A stretch of DNA of 64,000 bases from Eledone cirrhosa (Eukaryota): the NCBI GenBank assembly GCA_964016885.1, contig OZ024755.1:17236001-17300000 (forward strand), written 5' to 3'. A program made the translations under genes and the position numbers. The notes under the pieces are model-generated. The model saw only the letters and a program-made list of their open reading frames with translations. It was not told the DNA's origin and searched no databases. Shown here piece after piece: positions 56,290 to 64,000 of the stretch (position 1 is its first letter; the number at the start of each line of letters is the position of its first letter).

Positions 56290-58122
56290 CCAACCAAGCG
56301 GTGTGACTCCACTCAAACATCAGAACCATCTGCCCGCTATCCTGGTAGAAGGTCTCGGCTTAGCTCTGGCTCAGAAGACGATTCTGATACCGATCCATTT
56401 GCAGCAAAATCTCCTTCTGCGAATGGTGCTTCCTTCAGTGATAACCAACAACAACGACCACCGTCTTCATCGAGAGATAATGACCACTCAAAAAGGAGGT
56501 ATGGTTTAGATACATTCAGCCCACATTCATCTTTAAAGTCTAGAAATGTGCTGCTTGAATCCGAAAGTGAGGAATCTGGGTATGGGGAAACAAACACAAT
56601 GCAGGCATCTAGTTTTGATATTACTCTAGATAATGATGCCGATTTTGATGGCTTTCATTCCACCAGAACTCTCTACAGTAGCCACTCTGATGATACTTTC
56701 TCACTTATGAGCAATCATATTAATGAATCTACTGATGGCTGGATGAGAAGTACAAGTACTCAGACACATTGTAATGCCAGAACACAGACTCCAAAAAGTT
56801 TTGAATTTAATGCATCTTTTGCTCATTCAGTTAACTCTTTAAGCAGCAGTCTACCCATTAATGATGTCCAAACTCAGACAAGACTCTTACATAACCGATC
56901 ATTGCAAACCTCAAATACTTCTTTACATTCTATGTCAGCACAAACAAAATCTTTGAGTGGCTCAAAAAGTAATTTGTTAAAAAACATACTCCTTGAAGTA
57001 AAAAGCTTAAAAACAGACCGAGGAATTGATCAAAATTCCACAATGTCTGACAGTGTTTATTCACCTTCTTCAACTCTAAATGGTACCATGCTCAAGGAAA
57101 TCCTTAAAGATGTCCGTGTTATTAAGCAATCAGATTCTACCTGTGATGTGAGTACCCAAACATATGCTGAGCAAGGAACCCAAACTTCTTTTAGTGAAGA
57201 TAACACTAGCCATTGTCATAGACATGAAAAACTTAAAGATATTCTGAATGATGTAAAACTTGTGTCAAACAACAATGTTTTATTCCCAGAACCTAACCAG
57301 GAGGCTGGAGTATCAACTGGTCCACAGATTCAATTGAATCCTGCTGCACAACATCCTAGAAATCCATCACAGATTTTAGAAACAAATGGCAACCAAAGTA
57401 ATTTGAAATTTCTTCCTCCACAATATGGAAATAACACTAATTTTGTGCCATCTAAACCAGTTTATTTGATTCCTCAGAGACCACAAACAACCCCAAATCA
57501 AAGGCCAGTATTTCCGAGGAAGAAGGTTACCCAACAAGATTTAAACAATGTCAGTCAACGTATCGAAAGACTGCGCAACTATCAACTTCCTGAACCACAC
57601 CTACGAAGATTCATTCCTAACCAACAGAATGGTACAGTTTTAAGGTCTCCTAATACACATCATCCAACAGCATCTGTTAATAGAAATATAGTTTCCGAAC
57701 CAATGGCTGTATCTGGTGGCCCTTTAAACAACTTGCCTCAGTTCATTTCAGCTCAGTCTCAGATACCAGGAATCCCCACAAATCCTCCACATAATTTCTC
57801 CAATCCTTATGTATCATCTGCTAACCTGCCACCTCATCAATTTCTACCAAACCAAAATGAACGAGTTTCCTATACACAACGTGGCATTCCTCAAGAACAC
57901 CCTAGAAGGCCATATAGACATTCATATGATGATTTAGACCTTGCAGCTCACCCCCAAAGACACCACCGTGAATATTCTCCTCGAAGACGTGATCATCGAT
58001 CTCTTGTAATGGACAGATATCATCTTGATGAGGTTATTGAGAAAGTGACAAGAAAATCTCGACAACTTAAAAAAATTGCTGAAAAAATGAAGCAAACACT
58101 TAAGGATGAAATACTGAAATAA
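56290..58122 (+). CDS. Large terminal exon (610 aa plus stop): disordered S/T/P/N/Q-rich tail with TQT motifs and a C-terminal coiled coil
   Basis: Non-repetitive 1.8 kb ORF; ctctatctaccctccacag acceptor gives phase 0; TAA at 58120-58122; AATAAA at 58118, 58370 and 58412. Link to the upstream spectrin exons is inferred. Confidence 0.85.
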   Translation, partial: PTKRCDSTQTSEPSARYPGRRSRLSSGSEDDSDTDPFAAKSPSANGASFSDNQQQRPPSSSRDNDHSKRRYGLDTFSPHSSLKSRNVLLESESEESGYGETNTMQASSFDITLDNDADFDGFHSTRTLYSSHSDDTFSLMSNHINESTDGWMRSTSTQTHCNARTQTPKSFEFNASFAHSVNSLSSSLPINDVQTQTRLLHNRSLQTSNTSLHSMSAQTKSLSGSKSNLLKNILLEVKSLKTDRGIDQNSTMSDSVYSPSSTLNGTMLKEILKDVRVIKQSDSTCDVSTQTYAEQGTQTSFSEDNTSHCHRHEKLKDILNDVKLVSNNNVLFPEPNQEAGVSTGPQIQLNPAAQHPRNPSQILETNGNQSNLKFLPPQYGNNTNFVPSKPVYLIPQRPQTTPNQRPVFPRKKVTQQDLNNVSQRIERLRNYQLPEPHLRRFIPNQQNGTVLRSPNTHHPTASVNRNIVSEPMAVSGGPLNNLPQFISAQSQIPGIPTNPPHNFSNPYVSSANLPPHQFLPNQNERVSYTQRGIPQEHPRRPYRHSYDDLDLAAHPQRHHREYSPRRRDHRSLVMDRYHLDEVIEKVTRKSRQLKKIAEKMKQTLKDEILK

Positions 58123-58332
58123 AGTTATATTATATATTATACAGTACAATATATTATACTACATTATAATATTATAATGTATAATAACTAATATTATACT
58201 ATATTATAATGTCAGTATAATATATGACATAGTAATTAATAAGAAACACATGACAAGAAAATACAAACTATGAAAGACTTTATTTATATTGTCTCAAGTT
58301 CATCACAAAAATTAGTCTCCATAGAACATTCT

Positions 58333-58654
58333 ACATATATTTCTCTTAACATTGATATTTTTTATAGTAAATAAACATGTTTTTATTTCTAGGATAAAAT
58401 TACATAAAAATAATAAAGAAAAAGAAAGTAGCATTGCAAAAGACTATAAATGAGAGGAACACGAGGGAAAGGGTGAGGGTTATTAAGCAATGAAAGAAAG
58501 GGGGAAAAGGAGAGGGTGACAGACTCTACACCTAAGTCAAAGTGGTGTTTTGGCTGCATAAATTCTTTATTATATTTATGTAATTTTATCCTAGAAATGT
58601 TTATTTACCATAAAAAAATTTAAATCTTTCTCTTAATATCAGAGAAATATATGT
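58333..58654. repeat. Inverted repeat (about 90-bp imperfect arms) downstream of the large terminal exon
   Basis: tttctaggataaaattacataaa...aataaagaa versus ttctttatt...tttatgtaattttatcctagaaa. Confidence 0.8.
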
Positions 58655-58781
58655 CAATTTATCTGCATGCTTTCATGTCTATCCAAACCAGAAGCTGATT
58701 TCTTTTGTTTTTTTGTTATATATCATGAGTTGTATGTAGACCATGTCTTTACTTTGGCATTTATTATTATGATTATTATTA

Positions 58782-59000
58782 GGGCAGTGGATTGGCAGTA
58801 TCGGTAGAGTCGGACACCATGCTTTGTAGCATAGAGTTACGGCCCTTTATGGTCTGAGTTCAAATCCCGCCGAGGTTAACTTTGCCTTTCATCCTTATGG
58901 GGTCGATAAAATAAAGTACCAGTAACGTACTGGGGTCGATATAATCGACTTTCCCTTCCATCCAAATTGCTGGCCTTGCGCCTCTACTAGAAACCATTAT
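58782..59000 (+). mobile_element. SINE family B; other copies at about 13365-13585, 44040-44228 (-), 46400-46590 and 47760-47940 (-)
   Basis: Same head, B box and gggtcgataaaataaagtaccag body. Confidence 0.8.
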
Positions 59001-62000
59001 TGTTATTATTAAGGGAAGTGGATTAGTAGAATTGTTAGTGTTGGATAAAATACCGCAAGTTATTTAATTCTGAGTTCAGATCCTGTTGAGGTCAACTTTA
59101 CCTTTCATCCTCTTAGGGTTAATAAAATAAAGTACTAGTCAAGTACTGAGGCTGATTTTATCAATTTTTTCTGCCACCCAAATAGCTGGTCTTTTGCCTA
59201 AATCAAAATCGATTATTATTGTTGTTGTTTAATTATGCCCCCCTTTTACGTCCATGCTAAAGATTTACTTAGGGTTCAAATCCCACTAAGGTTAATTTTA
59301 ACTTTCATCATTCTAGGCTTGATAAAATAAAGTAGTAGTAAATATTGAGATCATTATAATCAAATGTTTCCTTCTTCAAATGGTTAGCTTTCTGTTAGAA
59401 GCATTATTCTTAGAACTAACATTAAAGTTAGTTATATTGCTAAATCCCAACACTAAATTCCTGATTGCTAATTGAAAATTATTGGCAATGTATTTCGTTC
59501 GAAATATGTTAATACAATGAAAGCGTTAATTGAAAATATCAAAAGGGTTATTGCGTTATCAAGTATACAAGTTATATTGACTATTTTAAAGAAGATTTTT
59601 CTTTAATCTTCATTGGAGCTTTCTTAAATCCCCTTTTAACAAAATCTATTTAAGGACATGATAGCTAAATCTTTATTTGGAATAACTGATGTTGTAATGT
59701 CGAGTTCAACATTAATTATTTGATATCCCTTTGAATTGCGCATGTTTATTCCTTAAATGGTTATCCATATAATTTACCATATTCCAATGTGAAGATAGGA
59801 AACTTTTACATGATGATGCATGTGCAGCTACATGTGCATTTGTGTGCATCCATTAATACACTCTGTAGTCCCTGTGTTAAACTGAGTGATGGATTATGTC
59901 ACACATTTTCACCCTTTTAATACCAACCAAGCCAAAACTTACTCTGGTTCTATGAAACAAAATTACCCATTTTAAAGGGATCTTATTTAAATCAAAACTG
60001 TTCAGCATGATTTTATATGAAAACTATGTTAGTTACTATCTTAGTAATGAAAAAATTGATATTTTCAATCAGTCCTTCAAAATTCTTTATTAATTAATTG
60101 AAATAAAATGTATTTCATTGGAAATATGATAACAAAAAGGTTAACACTCCCAACTGGCCTTTGGGTACCATTAAAAGAGTCACACTGTTTCAAATGTGGA
60201 CTCTTATGGCCACCAATCTTAGAGTTATTGAAAAAGGTCATAGATCATGGGTGCTGCCCTTCCTCTTCTCACTAAACAAATACATAAGCACATGGGTGTA
60301 GAATAATAACTGCAAAAATTCAAAAACATCAATTGTCATTGTATCTTTCCTTGAATTATTTTCTATCTGTCTTGATCATTCCTCTTCGCAGTAACTCCTC
60401 GTATTTCAGTAGCTTCTCTGCCTTCCTTGGGGTGAGCAAGACAAAACAAATGATGTTTATATGTGTAGCTACCTAGCTTCCAAATCACAGAATCTAGACC
60501 CATATTTATGCACAATCCCCATCACCCAAATTTTAATAAGACATTAAATGAAACAAAAATTATTTTAGAGAAAGAATTTATTCATACATCCATGCATATA
60601 AATATAAGGCAGATATTTGAAATGCAGCTGGTTAACACATTCCCTCGACACCCAAGAGATGTGGGGTTTGATTCCTTGCAGGTAGTTTTGTCCAATTTAT
60701 TTCCACCTCTAGGTGTACTTTACCCAATTTTCTAAACTACTATTTAGAGTAATTGACTATTTACATAGTCATTTACATTGGGACAGCTAAATTTCAAACA
60801 AAAAGAAAATTAAATTTTATTAAAAAGATTTTTTCATGAAATCTCCCAAATTTTACATGGAATCCTGAATTTCCTCAGGCTCCACATTGAGAAACACTGC
60901 TTTAGACAATCACAACTTACCTTTAATGGTGCAATATTATTTTGGTATCTTGTCAGATATTCTACTAAAATTCCAGTTCTTGGCTACACTTTCATTTTAT
61001 CTAGAGGCATCCAGGGACCAGGTCATCACCATTTAACATCTGTCTTCCCTGTTAGGAAGGGTTAGATATACATTTTCATAAACCAAGTTAATACTGACTG
61101 AAGTTGAGCTACTGACCTCTCAATTGATGTTAAATCAGATGACACTCAACAGGTACAATCCTAGTCGAAAAAGATTATTATTAAAAAAACATCTGAAAGT
61201 TTTTAATTCTTTCATTACTGTATTTCTAATTACATAAACTTCCAATATGTTTCAAATAATTTTGAAAATAATCAGTCATTTTGAGGACTTTAATAAAATA
61301 AGTTTTTCATTAGTAACGTGATATTTAGAATATTTCTTTAAAATATTTTAAAATAAAATTATGCTGAAAGGTTGTAATATAAGGTTCAACACTTTAAAAT
61401 TAGCATTTTAAAATTCATAAATCCAGGGCATTTCAGTCTGTTTGGTATGAAAAAGGTTAATAGTGTTCAATACATCTTATGGACATTTTTATATATGATA
61501 CTTACTGTGATAGAACTGTGAGAGATTTCTCTTCCATGTTATGACAATCCTTAGAGCAGATCTGTGACAATTGTTAAAACACAAGCCAAATGGAAGCCAC
61601 AATAATTAACTAAATAACTCTACATTCTAATTTCAAAACCTATTAGCACTGAAATTATCTTCCATTCCTTCATCCTTGAGGAAATATGTATCAATCAGTT
61701 ACTGTGATGATTAATTGTATTAATTTTTACCTTATCTCTTGTTAATGTGCATCTTTATGTGCTGCAGATTGGGAAGAGGGATAGGAAATATATCTTGCCA
61801 TATTTAGTTACATTCCTTTATATTCTGAGTTCAAATCCCATCTAGAAATACATTCTTTTATCTTTCTATGGATGGTGATTTAAGATATTAGTAAAGTACT
61901 GGGTTCTGTCTGATTGGTTATTTCTTTGTTCAAATTTGTGGTTATGCAACTACAACAAAAATCATTATTGTTAGATAGTGAAATAGAGCTTCCGCCGTGT

Positions 62001-64000
62001 TTTTGACTAAGTAAATTAGTCTAATTGTTGGAGTTATAAAAACCCCCAGATTGGAAAAAGGATGAGCATTGACGAACCCACATCTTTAGCTATCATGACC
62101 ACTATATTATCCATTACACAAATTATTATAATAGTATTGAGTTCGAATCCCACCGAGGTTCAAATCTTGCCCATGTTAGATTTGCCTTTTATCCTTATGG
62201 GGTCGATAAACTAAAGCAACCACTGGGGTTGATTTATTCAACTTTCTCCTCCCACAAATTGTTGGCCTTGTGCCTAAATCAGAAACAATTATTATAATAG
62301 TAATTTTTATAATTATGATTGTTTACATTTAGAGATAATTATTTCTATCAAAATATTTTATCAGGTTTTTATTATAAATCTACAACTATTTGATAATAGG
62401 TGATGATGTCGACTTTTATCCATTTAGGGGCTTTTATGCTTAATTTGTTAAACTATTTTTCATAGTAAAAAAATGTTATAAGCTTCTAAATTTTCAATAA
62501 ATACATATCCACTCAATGTTTCTAAAGATAGATCATTGTTTACATTCTGGTCAAGATAAGACTTCAAAATAATAGCAAAACTGTCAGCCTTGCTTTAGAG
62601 CAATCAGTAGGTTAGCCTGTCTGACATACAGCAGATGTGAGTTTGAGTTCCATGTTTTTCTGTCCAGGGGCTTTTATGCCTAGTTTGTTAGACTATTTTT
62701 TTATAGTAAAAAAAAAAAAAATACATTGAAGCTTCTAAATTTTTTTATAAATATCTTTTAGATTTATGTATATGATTTCCATCCAACTTTTTAATAACAC
62801 CATTCTTGTGATAAGAGGTTGTTTTGTTTTGTTTTTTATAAAACCCTCTATAGTGTGATAAACCAAATTTCATGAAAATAACATTCTGTTTATACCTCGA
62901 TACCTTGTTTTGGTAATGTCCCAATTTTACCAAAGTTATATTCCATCTATATATTAGTTGGCTGATTTTTTACAAATTTTCCAAAAATTACCTTCCATCT
63001 ATATCAGAATTATACCAATAATTTCAAATATTGTATGAAAAATATATATTCCGTCCAAACTTTGTTTTTGGTAATTTCCAAATTTTACAAAAATTATATT
63101 CCATCCATATGGAATAATTTATGGTAAAATTTCCAAATTTCAGAAAAATCACATTCCATTTACGTATATCAAATTTTAGTAATTTCCTCATTTTCCAAAA
63201 ATTACACTTTGCCCATATAATTAAGTAATTTTTTTGAATGATGTGAAAATTACTCTTTGGCCATATCAGATTTTGGTAATTTTCAATAAGCTTGAAAATT
63301 ACTCTCCGTCCATATCAGATTTTGGTAATTTTCAATAAACCTGAAAATTACTCTCCGTCCATATCAATTTTTTGCTAATTTTCAAAATTGTCAGAAATTT
63401 ACTACTCACCTATGTTAAATATTTGGTCATTTTTTCCATCAGTTGTGAAAATAACAAGGTGGTCATATATTCTCTTTAAATATATGTGTTGGGGTTTAGT
63501 TGTGTATTGATAAAATTTAGTAGATTTTTCTGTCTATACTGGTCTTTTATAGAACATTCCAAATATTTTAATACTTTTATTGCCACTGACTTATATTCAA
63601 AGCTTTTATAGGCCTCTTTACTGTCTGTCATAGAACAATAGGAGGAGAACTAATAATATTATCTATATTGTACTGATCATACATTCCATGCAAGAGCACA
63701 GTATTAACTCTTGGCTGTATGAATATAAATGTATATGTATGGATATGTATGTATATGTATGTATATACATATAGATATATATGTATATAAATGGATATGT
63801 ATATATATATGTATATAAATGGATATGTATATATATATATGTATATAAATGGATATGTATATATATATATGTATATAAATGGATATGTATATATATATGT
63901 ATATAAATGGATATGTATATATATATGTATATAAATGGATATATATATATGTATATAAATGGATATATATATATGTATATAAATGGATATATATATATAT

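Noticed and set aside
62425-62745. About 70-bp direct repeats resembling LTRs
   Set aside because: Too short, no TG..CA ends, PBS or coding interior; likely a local duplication
20625-64000. KASH domain, calponin-homology or GAR/EF-hand exons that would fix the gene identity
   Set aside because: None recognised in the window, so no gene symbol is assigned

Overview
Eukaryotic, AT-rich, microsatellite- and SINE-dense genomic DNA. The repeat style suggests a coleoid cephalopod such as Octopus (inference). On the + strand, 11 GT-AG exons at 1251-20624, all phase 0, splice into 762 aa of tandem spectrin-like repeats from the interior of a giant nesprin/spectraplakin-type gene. Two phase-0, stop-containing candidate last exons follow. 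One is short (22422-22610). The other is 1.8 kb (56290-58122) and encodes a disordered tail with six TQT (LC8/DYNLL-type) motifs, three repeated amphipathic helices, an SxIP-like motif and a terminal coiled coil. Neither encodes a KASH/TM segment. Introns hold a 5'-truncated RTE LINE with an open ORF and a PHD-like finger, other LINE fragments, two tRNA-type SINE families, piggyBac/hAT/Tc1 MITEs, a cluster of foldback hairpins, a hammerhead-like motif and many satellites. Most ORFs in the supplied track are microsatellite artefacts.
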